Translations under genes and position numbers: made by a program | Notes under the pieces: generated by a model | What the model was told of the DNA's origin: nothing | What the model saw: only the letters and a program-made list of their open reading frames with translations | The model's database searches: none | Shown here: in pieces, positions 56,848 to 64,000 of the stretch | Position numbering within the stretch: position 1 is the first letter of the stretch | Layout of the letters: each line of letters begins with the position of its first letter | Source: Armatimonadota bacterium | Lineage (GTDB): Bacteria; Armatimonadota; Hebobacteria; GCA-020354555; CP070648 | DNA length: 64,000 nt | NCBI GenBank assembly: GCA_020354555.1 | Contig: CP070648.1 | Span: forward strand, 710,656 to 774,655 | Reading direction: 5' to 3'

Positions 56848-57808
56848 GCCGGCCGAGGCAGGTCAGCGCCTCGACGTCGTCGTCGCGACGCGCGCGCCGG
56901 AACTCTCTCGCGCGCAGGCGCAGCGGCTCATCAGGGCGGGTGACATTGTGGTTGACGGCGTCGCCGTGAAGCCGCGGTTCATCGTCACCCCCGGCCAGCA
57001 GATAACCGTCAGCATCCCCCCGCCGCAGCCCGTGGGCATCGAGCCCCAGGAGTTCCCCCTCGACATCCGTTACGAGGATTCCGACGTCGTCGTCGTCAAC
57101 AAGCCCGCCGGCGTGGTCGTCCATCCCGGCGCGGGTCGCCGCGAGGGGACGCTCGTCAATGCCTTGCTCGCGCACTGCACCGACCTCTCCGGCATCGGCG
57201 GCGAGCTGCGGCCGGGGATCGTCCACCGCCTGGACAAGGATACGTCGGGCCTGATCGCGGCGGCGAAGAATGACTTCGCCCACGCCTCCCTCGCGGCGCA
57301 GCTCAAGGCGCGCACCGCCGAGCGCCGTTATCTCGCTCTCATCTGGGGGCGGCCTGACAAGGACCATTTCACCGTGCGTACGCTCTTCGGCCGCCACCCG
57401 AAGCATCGGATCATGATGGCCGTGCTCGACCCGCAGCGCGCGGGCAAGCCCGGCGCGCGCGAGGCACTCACCGAGGTGCGCGTGCGCGAGCATCTCGGGC
57501 CGATGACGCTCATCGAGGCGCGCCTGCACACCGGGCGCACGCACCAGATTCGCGTCCACGCCTCCTACATCGGGCATCCGGTCGTCGGCGACCCCACGTA
57601 CGGCGGCAAGCGCCAGAAGGCCGAATTGGCGGGGCTTGACGCGAAGGCTCAGCGCCTCGTCCGCGACCTACACGGCCAGGCTTTGCACGCATACCACCTC
57701 GCGTTCGACCACCCGCGCAGCGGCGAACGCATCGAGGTGAAGACGCACCCGCCCGACGACATGCAGGCGCTAATCGCACACATGCGAGGTGTCAAGGAAC
57801 ACCGGTAG
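56831..57808 (+). CDS. rluD: RluA-family 23S rRNA pseudouridine synthase (RluD-like)
   Basis: An S4 domain is followed by the catalytic motif HRLDKDTSGL and HTGRTHQIRVH. It overlaps the lgt 3' end. Confidence 0.9.
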   Translation: MRLTVEPAEAGQRLDVVVATRAPELSRAQAQRLIRAGDIVVDGVAVKPRFIVTPGQQITVSIPPPQPVGIEPQEFPLDIRYEDSDVVVVNKPAGVVVHPGAGRREGTLVNALLAHCTDLSGIGGELRPGIVHRLDKDTSGLIAAAKNDFAHASLAAQLKARTAERRYLALIWGRPDKDHFTVRTLFGRHPKHRIMMAVLDPQRAGKPGAREALTEVRVREHLGPMTLIEARLHTGRTHQIRVHASYIGHPVVGDPTYGGKRQKAELAGLDAKAQRLVRDLHGQALHAYHLAFDHPRSGERIEVKTHPPDDMQALIAHMRGVKEHR

Positions 57809-58063
57809 AAGCAGGCCCCGGGCCTCCCCAGTCATCGGGACAGCCGCGAGAGCCGCCCGTACGACGCCCGCCCACGCGCTGGTCACCCATCCGGGCAGGA
57901 TATCCATCCGCCGCAAGCGAAGAGCATACTGACCTGACGTCAGAGATGCTCACGGGGTTGGCCTACCACCGGCTGATTCGCAGGCCGGGGAGTCATGTTC
58001 ACGGACCCCATTCCGCAGAAGCCCCGGCTGCTTCCCTGGTAGCCGAGACTCTACAGGAGACCA

Positions 58064-59221
58064 ATGACAGAGAATACACGCGACCATCCGCGTTTCTGCG
58101 TGATCGGCGCGGGCCACGGCGGCACCGCGCTCGCGGCATACCTCGCTCTCAGCGGCTACCGCACGAACCTGTACAACCGCAGCGAGGATCGTCTCACCCC
58201 GATCAAACTGCTCGGCGGTATCGAACTCATCCGCCACGAGCCGGACATCCTGCCCCACGGCGTGGGGCAGCTCAACTGCGTCACCAACGACCCCGCGGAA
58301 GCGCTCCAGGACACCGACGTTGTCATGGTCGCGGTCCCGGCGAACGGACATCGCTTTGTCGCCGAGGCCTGCGCGCCGCATCTGCGCGACGGCCATGTCG
58401 TCGTTCTCAACCCCGGCCGCACCGGCGGCGCCCTTGAGTTCTCCCATGTCCTGCACGAGCACGGCGTCGCCGCCGACGTCATCGTCGCCGAGGCGCAGAC
58501 CTTCATCTATGCCAGCCGCTCCGTCAACCCCGCCCAGGTGCAGATCTTCCGCGTCAAGAACAGCATCCCCGTCGCCGCTCTGCCCGCGTATCGCACCCCC
58601 GAGGTGATCACCGCGCTCCACGACGCCTTGCCCCAGTTCGTCCCCGGCGACAACGTCATCAAGACCAGCCTCGACAATATCGGCGCGGTGTTCCATCCCG
58701 CCGTCACCGTGCTCAACTCGGCACGCATCGAGAGCACCCACGGCGAATTCGAGTACTACATTGACGGCGTCAGCGAGTCGGTCTCCCGCGTCCTGGAATC
58801 CCTCGACGCCGAGCGCGTCGCGGTCGCCGCCGCCATGGGATTCAACGCCATCACCGCCCGCCAGTGGCTGTACCAGGCGTACGACGCCGCCGGTGATACC
58901 CTGCACCGGGCAATGCGCGCCAACCCCGGCTACTACGGCATTAAGGCGCCCCATCACCTCGACCACCGTTACCTCGACGAGGATGTCCCGATGAGCCTGG
59001 TGCCGATCGCCTCTCTCGGCGAGATGCTCGGCGTCGAAACGCCGACCATACGCGCCATCATCCACCTCGCCTGCCTGCTCAACCAGCGCGACTACTGGGC
59101 GGACGGGCGCACCGCCGAACGTCTCGGCCTTGCCGGACTCAGCCTCAAGGAAATCCGACAACTCATCCTCGAGGGGCTGCCGGACATCCCCGGCAGTCGG
59201 CGAACCTCCGAGCAGGCCTGA
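58064..59221 (+). CDS. NAD/NADP octopine/nopaline (opine) dehydrogenase-family protein
   Basis: The N-terminal Rossmann motif is FCVIGAGHGGTALAAYLA. The middle and C-terminal regions resemble the ODH family (VLNPGRTGGALEF...; NIGAVFHPAVTVLN). The protein is 385 aa. Confidence 0.7.
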   Translation: MTENTRDHPRFCVIGAGHGGTALAAYLALSGYRTNLYNRSEDRLTPIKLLGGIELIRHEPDILPHGVGQLNCVTNDPAEALQDTDVVMVAVPANGHRFVAEACAPHLRDGHVVVLNPGRTGGALEFSHVLHEHGVAADVIVAEAQTFIYASRSVNPAQVQIFRVKNSIPVAALPAYRTPEVITALHDALPQFVPGDNVIKTSLDNIGAVFHPAVTVLNSARIESTHGEFEYYIDGVSESVSRVLESLDAERVAVAAAMGFNAITARQWLYQAYDAAGDTLHRAMRANPGYYGIKAPHHLDHRYLDEDVPMSLVPIASLGEMLGVETPTIRAIIHLACLLNQRDYWADGRTAERLGLAGLSLKEIRQLILEGLPDIPGSRRTSEQA

Positions 59222-59379
59222 CCCGGATTATTCATGACGGACGCAGGTATCGCGCAGACTGCCCGCGTCGGCGGTCACGAATTATCCGCGAGCAGTGACT
59301 GTGGCTCACGCACGGACGATACCGCCGACGACGACGGGTATGAACAACGCAGGCTAACATCCGCAAAAGGCCCATTGCC

Positions 59380-61038
59380 ATGTCAAAGATCATCGGCGCT
59401 GCTATAGGCAACTGCGTTCACGTCGCCGGCGTGCTGTCGTTTCTCAACCTTGCCCGCCGCCTCGGCCACGACACGGAATTCCTCGGCGCAGCCGTGAGCG
59501 TGGATGACCTCATCCGCGCCATTCGCGAGCGCGACCCCGACATCGTCGCCGCGAGCTATCGTCTCACGCCGGAGGTCGCGCGCGAGCTGTTCGCGGACCT
59601 CGCGCGCCGGGTAAGAGATGAAGGCCTGGAGCGCAAGCGCTACGTCGTCGGCGGCACGCCGCCGGTGTGCGAGGTAGCGAACGAGACGGGGCTGTTCGAA
59701 GCCGCGTTCTCCGGCGCCGAGGGTCCCGAGGAAGTCATCGCCTACCTGCGCGGCGAGCACCTTGCGCGCACGCCGGAGGATTACGGAACCACGCTCCTCG
59801 AACGCCTGGAGCGCAAGGCCCCATACCCCTTGCTGCGCCACCACTACGGCCGTCCCACCGTCGAGGAAACCGTCCGCGGCGCGCGGCAGATCGCCGAAGC
59901 GCGCGTCCTCGACGTGCTTTCCATCGGCCCCGACCAGAACGCCCAGGAGCATTTCTTCCGCCCCGAGGAAATGAAGGATGAGCTGTCCGGGGCCGGCGGC
60001 GTGCCGCTGCGCTCGCCCGACGACCTGCGTGCGATCTACGAAGCGACCCGCACCGGCAACTATCCCCTGCTGCGCATCTACTCCGGCACCCGCGACCTCG
60101 TCAAATGGGCGGAAGTGGCGACCGACACCATCCACAACGCCTGGGCCGCCATCCCGCTCTGTTGGTACAACACCCTCGACCGCCGCGCCGACCGCCCGCC
60201 GGAGCAATCCATCGCCGAGAACCAGCAGGCCATCCGCTGGTACGCCGAGCGCGGCATCCCGGTCGAGTTGAACGAGCCGCATCACTGGAGCCTGCGCGAG
60301 GCGCACGACGCGCTCTCCGTCGCCATGGCCTACGTGGCGGCGTATAACGCCAAGGCTCTGGGCGTTCGTCATTACGTCTCGCAGTATATGTTCAATACCC
60401 CGGCGACGATGTACGCCGCGATGGATCTGGCGAAGATGCTCGCCCAGGCCGAGGCGGTCGAGAGCTTGCATGACGACGGCTTCGCCAGCATCCGCCAGAC
60501 GCGGGCCGGCCTGCTCCATTTCTCAACCGACCCGGATATCGCCAAGGGCCAGCTCGCGTCGTCCACCGTCGTCCAGCTTGCCCTCGATCCGAGGATCATC
60601 CACGTCGTCGGCTTCTGCGAGGGCGATCACGCGGTGACGGCGGAGGAACTCATCGAGAGCTGCCGCATCGCCGACGGGGTGCTGCGCAACTGCCTGGCCG
60701 GCATGGCCAACCTCAAGGCCGACCCGGCGGTGCACGCCCGCAAGCAGCATTTGCTGCGGCAGGCCGAGGTCACCGTTGCCGCCATTCGCGCGCTGGGCGA
60801 TGGAGAAACCGACGCGCTCATAGGCCCGGCGACTCTCGCGCGCGCAATCCGCGACGGCATATTCGACGCGCCGCATCTCTGCGGCAACCCCGATGCCGCC
60901 GGCCGCCTCGCCACCCAGGCCATTGACGGCGCCATCGAGCCGATTGACCTCGACACCGGCAAGCCCATCACCGAGGAACAGCGCGTCGAGCGCGTCCTCG
61001 GCCGCGTCCCGGAAATGCAAGACCGGCTTTCGTACTGA
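59380..61038 (+). CDS. Protein with N-terminal cobalamin-binding-like Rossmann domain (degenerate DxHxxG: GNCVHVAG) fused to a ~400 aa uncharacterised (possibly mutase/TIM-barrel-like) domain
   Basis: The 552 aa protein begins MSKIIGAAIGNCVHVAGVLSFLNLARRLGHDTEFLGAAVSVDDLIRAIRERDPDIVAASYRLT, which resembles B12-binding domains but lacks the Asp of DxHxxG. The remainder has no motif I can assign. Confidence 0.4.
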   Translation: MSKIIGAAIGNCVHVAGVLSFLNLARRLGHDTEFLGAAVSVDDLIRAIRERDPDIVAASYRLTPEVARELFADLARRVRDEGLERKRYVVGGTPPVCEVANETGLFEAAFSGAEGPEEVIAYLRGEHLARTPEDYGTTLLERLERKAPYPLLRHHYGRPTVEETVRGARQIAEARVLDVLSIGPDQNAQEHFFRPEEMKDELSGAGGVPLRSPDDLRAIYEATRTGNYPLLRIYSGTRDLVKWAEVATDTIHNAWAAIPLCWYNTLDRRADRPPEQSIAENQQAIRWYAERGIPVELNEPHHWSLREAHDALSVAMAYVAAYNAKALGVRHYVSQYMFNTPATMYAAMDLAKMLAQAEAVESLHDDGFASIRQTRAGLLHFSTDPDIAKGQLASSTVVQLALDPRIIHVVGFCEGDHAVTAEELIESCRIADGVLRNCLAGMANLKADPAVHARKQHLLRQAEVTVAAIRALGDGETDALIGPATLARAIRDGIFDAPHLCGNPDAAGRLATQAIDGAIEPIDLDTGKPITEEQRVERVLGRVPEMQDRLSY

Positions 61039-61076
61039 GCGGCGCGGGATTCGCATTGGCCGCGGCGAGACGCCAA

Positions 61077-61331
61077 TCAGTCAGAGTAGAAATGCGGCCG
61101 CAGTTCGTTCTCGGGGATATACTGCGAGGCTTGCCTGAAGATGGCTCGCAAGGTGCCTGGATCGAGTTCGGGATGTACTGGTACCACGAGCGTCTCCCTC
61201 TCGCCGCCCGGCCCCACCCTCCTCAACTTCACATGGCTACCGCGCTGCGAGAGGATGGCGAAACCGAAGCGCGCCAGTGCCGCGACAACCTGTCGTCCGG
61301 AAAGGCGACGCAGCCTACCTGGCATGGACAA
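61077..61331 (-). CDS. hicA: Type II toxin-antitoxin toxin HicA (YcfA-like mRNA interferase)
   Basis: The 84 aa protein has the conserved HicA core, LSGRQVVAALARFGFAILSQRGSHVKLRR. GC content is lower than in neighbouring genes. Confidence 0.8.
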   Translation of the reverse strand: MSMPGRLRRLSGRQVVAALARFGFAILSQRGSHVKLRRVGPGGERETLVVPVHPELDPGTLRAIFRQASQYIPENELRPHFYSD

Positions 61332-61545
61332 GCGGCTCCGTTTCCAGTGTCACGAGGAGGGACGGATCGGGCGCGAGATCGAAATCCGCCGGATCTTCCC
61401 CTTGCAGGAACAGCGCCACTGCCTCTTCGAGATTCGCTACGGTCTCGTCCAGCGTCTTGCCCTGCGTTACGACACTGATCTCGAGGCATTCCGCCACATA
61501 GTGTGTTTCGCCCTTCGTGATGAATGCCTTGATCGTTCGCCGCAT
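61315..61545 (-). CDS. hicB: Type II toxin-antitoxin antitoxin HicB (UPF0150-like)
   Basis: The likely start is the ATG at 61545 (GGGAGG ribosome-binding site; MRRTIKAFITKGETHYVAECLEISVVTQGKTLDETVANLEEAVALFL). The ORF track extends to 61740. It overlaps hicA by 17 nt. Confidence 0.7.
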   Translation of the reverse strand: MRRTIKAFITKGETHYVAECLEISVVTQGKTLDETVANLEEAVALFLQGEDPADFDLAPDPSLLVTLETEPLVHAR

Positions 61546-61805
61546 ACCTGCCTCCCTGGGCGAGGCTGACAAACCGCTGACCGCCAACTCGGAGCGACGG
61601 CAGCGATCGGCACAGCCAGGCGTATTTGCTCTGTTCGCCGCGTTCGCTCCGTCTCCTGTCTTCCGCCCGCTCGCGGCACGCGGTCGTCCTCTGCGCCGCG
61701 CAATCCGCCGTCCACGCGGCAGGACATCCGGCGGGTTCACGCCAAGAACACGGACGGCAGGCCCGCACCCCAGATTCCCGCAGGCCAGCAGAGCAGGGAG
61801 GGCGC

Positions 61806-63254
61806 ATGGTATCAGCTATTCCGCTCAGCGTTGTCATCGCGCTCGCGGCGCTATTTGCGATGGCCGCCGGCGCCGATCCCCTCCGCATCGGCAGGGAACG
61901 CCAACTGTTCGTTGACGACTATGTCATCGAGAGCATGGACGGCCTGCGCCGCACGGTGCATCAGTGGCAGAAGCACCCCGACAATCCGGTCCTGCGCGCC
62001 GAGATGCCCTGGGAGGGCGGGGGAACGTATGCCCTTGCCTACGGCAGCGCCCTCTTCGACGAGCAAGAGCAGCTCTTCAAGATGTGGTACTGGGCGCCCC
62101 ACGATGGCGGCGAGGCGATGCTCTACGCGACGTCCCGCGACGGGGTGCACTGGGAGCGGCCTGACCTCGGCCTGTTTGAGTTCCACGGCAGCCGCGACAA
62201 CAACATCTGCGTGGTCAGCGCGTCGGGCGACATGGAGACCTACGGCTGCTTCAAGGATCTCGACGACCCCGATCCGGCCCGCCTCTATAAGGCGCTGTTG
62301 TGGGAGCGGGTCGCGCCGGGAACCTGGGGCGAGAACGACCCGCCGGAGAAGCTCGGCGGCGTGTGGACCGCGACCTCGCCCGACGGCATCCACTGGACCA
62401 AGTCGCGCCGGCCCGTCGTGCCGCACCCCCCGGCGGGCGATACCGTCGGCTTCCTCGACTCCCGCGCCGACGGGCGCTACGTCGGCTTCGTCAAGATCCA
62501 GACCGACCGCGGCCGCTCGCGCGCCATCATGGAGAGCGACGACTTCGAGACCTGGAGCGAACCGCGCCTCATTTTCGCCAGCGACGACGAGGACGACCAG
62601 CCCTGCGACGTCTACAACAACACCGCCTTCAGCTACGAGGGGCTGTATCTGGGCTGGCTCCAGATGTACTACCACCACCAGGACCCGTATCGCCGCCGCC
62701 TCGAGGTCGAACTGATCTACAGCCGCGACGGGCGGGAGTGGCATCGCATGCCGGGGCGCGAATCGGTCCTGCCCGTCGGCCCGGACGGCGCATGGGATCG
62801 CACCAACCAGTCCCCCGCCAACGGCAGGCCGATCCGCGTCGGCGACCGGCTCTACATGTATTACGGCGGACGCACCTACTACCACCCGCCGTACAAAGGC
62901 GGAGAAGGCCGGTGCAGCATCGGCCTGGGAACGCTGCGCGTTGACGGCTTCGTCTCCCTCGACGCGAACCCGTTCGGCGGGACGATGACCACGAAGCCGG
63001 TGCTCCTCCAAGGCTCGCGCCTATATGTCAACTGCGCGTCCGATTGGGGGCATCTGCGGGTGGAAGTGCTCGGCGAGGACGGTGAGCCTCTGCCCGGCTG
63101 CGCGCGCGAGGACTGCGACGATATCAGGGCCGACGGTGTGCGGCTGCCGGTGTCGTGGCGCGGAAATGCGGACCTCGGCGTGCTCCAGGACCGCCCCGTT
63201 CGCCTCCGCTTCCACCTCCAGAACGCGCGCCTCTACTCCTTCTGGGTGGAATAG
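61806..63254 (+). CDS. Secreted putative glycoside hydrolase with 5-bladed beta-propeller fold (GH43/GH32/GH130-like superfamily)
   Basis: The likely start is the ATG at 61806 (GGGAGGG ribosome-binding site), giving the signal peptide MVSAIPLSVVIALAALFAMAAGA. Propeller-type motifs recur: HPDNPVL, YATSRDGVHWERP, ATSPDGIHWTKS and LYMYYGG. Family assignment is uncertain. Confidence 0.45.
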   Translation: MVSAIPLSVVIALAALFAMAAGADPLRIGRERQLFVDDYVIESMDGLRRTVHQWQKHPDNPVLRAEMPWEGGGTYALAYGSALFDEQEQLFKMWYWAPHDGGEAMLYATSRDGVHWERPDLGLFEFHGSRDNNICVVSASGDMETYGCFKDLDDPDPARLYKALLWERVAPGTWGENDPPEKLGGVWTATSPDGIHWTKSRRPVVPHPPAGDTVGFLDSRADGRYVGFVKIQTDRGRSRAIMESDDFETWSEPRLIFASDDEDDQPCDVYNNTAFSYEGLYLGWLQMYYHHQDPYRRRLEVELIYSRDGREWHRMPGRESVLPVGPDGAWDRTNQSPANGRPIRVGDRLYMYYGGRTYYHPPYKGGEGRCSIGLGTLRVDGFVSLDANPFGGTMTTKPVLLQGSRLYVNCASDWGHLRVEVLGEDGEPLPGCAREDCDDIRADGVRLPVSWRGNADLGVLQDRPVRLRFHLQNARLYSFWVE

Positions 63255-63437
63255 ATGGCCGCCGCAATGAGAGAGGGCAGGGCGCCACGGAGTCACATCG
63301 CGGCGCCCTCCATTATGCACATGTCATGCTGAGCGAGGCGCGAGCACTCGCAAAGCGCCGAGCGAAGACTTGTCCTGAGCAGAGCCGAAGGAATCTCGGT
63401 CCCGGCGCATGCGATCGGACTGTACTGTGGAATCGTA

Positions 63438-63755
63438 TTGGATGCCGCTTGTCCGGCAAAGGGCACCATGAAACGCCCGCTGCAGGTCACGCCCGACGAC
63501 CTCCCGCCAGCCTTGGAGCCGAAGCGCCGGCGCGCTGAGAAGGCGCTCGGCATGCCCGTTCGCGTGCGCGGCGTCCGGACGCGCCACAAATCCTTCCGCG
63601 GCCGCACGGTACTCCGCCAGGGCTGCGTCATCGTCGAGTATCAGGTTGCCGCCGCGGGCTACTTCTGGCACGTCCCGATCATCGAGGAAATCCTCGACCG
63701 CCTCGCCGCCGGCGAAACCGAAATCCACCTGGAGCGGGGCGAGCCGCCGCGCTGA
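63438..63755 (+). CDS. Hypothetical protein
   Basis: The 105 aa ORF has plausible codon usage. I recognise no family (…VLRQGCVIVEYQVAAAGYFWHVPIIEEILDRLAAGETEIHLE). Confidence 0.3.
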   Translation: MDAACPAKGTMKRPLQVTPDDLPPALEPKRRRAEKALGMPVRVRGVRTRHKSFRGRTVLRQGCVIVEYQVAAAGYFWHVPIIEEILDRLAAGETEIHLERGEPPR

Positions 63756-63762
63756 CGCCTGC

Positions 63763-64000
63763 TCAGTCCCCCCGCTTGCTCAGCGCCCATGCCACCAGGC
63801 CGGTGAGCACCACCGCCGCCACCGTGAACGCGGCCTCGACCACGAACTGCCCCGTCTGTCGCGTCGCCATCCGCGCCACCAGGTCTTTCGCGCGCTCCCC
63901 CGCCGGCAGCGCGGGCTGGCGCGGCTCGTCCAGCCCAAGCACGTCGTGAGTCAGCAGCATCTTGACGTGCGACATGATGGTCTGACCCCACGCGTCCGCG
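63763..64000 (-). CDS. Hypothetical protein, possibly the 3' part of a longer gene continuing beyond the window end
   Basis: The reverse-frame ORF contains a hydrophobic helix (FTVAAVVLTGLVAWAL). The frame is open to the window edge. Confidence 0.2.
   Translation of the reverse strand, partial: ADAWGQTIMSHVKMLLTHDVLGLDEPRQPALPAGERAKDLVARMATRQTGQFVVEAAFTVAAVVLTGLVAWALSKRGD

Noticed and set aside
55486-63011. Minus-strand ORFs 55486..56499, 57950..59161, 59383..60519 and 61851..63011
   Set aside because: They are antisense to lspA/lgt, the ODH-family gene, the B12-like gene and the secreted hydrolase. No motifs were found, and the compositional bias is typical of high-GC spurious frames.

Overview
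The window is a high-GC (~68%) bacterial chromosomal segment, densely coding on both strands. I called about 60 CDS, and no rRNA, tRNA or CRISPR was found. Gene calls rest on recognisable protein family motifs in the six-frame track; many long reverse-frame ORFs are Arg/Ala-rich antisense artefacts typical of high-GC DNA.

The lineage looks like a diderm member of the Terrabacteria. kdsB, a TolC-family outer-membrane protein and lgt/lspA indicate an LPS-containing outer membrane. The division and replication genes are arranged as in Gram-positives: tmk-darA-holB, and yggS-sepF-proC-yggT-divIVA ... ileS-ylyA-like-lspA-lgt-rluD. A DUF1559 'H-X9-DG' prepilin-like protein points towards Armatimonadota-, Planctomycetota- or Verrucomicrobiota-like lineages.

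The housekeeping content includes the following:
- ileS, tmk, holB, mutM, proC, kdsB, lgt, lspA and rluD
- dTDP-sugar genes (an rfbA-like gene and rfbD)
- two tripartite ABC/HlyD efflux systems (one MacAB-TolC-like, one DevBCA-like)
- scattered glycoside hydrolases (GH5, a GH29-like fucosidase, a BNR sialidase-like protein and a 5-bladed beta-propeller hydrolase)
- two MFS transporters, a MarR regulator beside two fasciclin-domain genes, and a COG3046 cryptochrome/photolyase-family protein
- an EndoQ-family nuclease, an orphan B12-binding radical SAM protein, and a hicAB toxin-antitoxin pair

These are the regions I would look at first:
1. Two tandem secreted paralogs (18865..20820) carry a repeated, previously unrecognised peptide motif, L-R-L-G-G-G-R-[GD]-[EG]-D-R. 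They sit behind a consensus TTGACA-N17-TACATT promoter.
2. A second copy of that promoter (40926..40954) precedes a ~230 nt structured leader upstream of a 3D-domain cell-wall protein. The c-di-AMP receptor DarA lies ~2 kb upstream, which makes a ydaO-type c-di-AMP riboswitch a testable hypothesis.
3. Two tandem PD40 beta-propeller/TPR lipoprotein genes (26327..30180) share mosaic blocks of near-identical nucleotide sequence, consistent with gene conversion.
4. An opine-dehydrogenase-family gene is followed by a protein with a degenerate B12-binding-like domain fused to a large unassigned domain (58064..61038).
5. A ~600 nt leader upstream of ctpA contains a lower-GC, hairpin-rich core.
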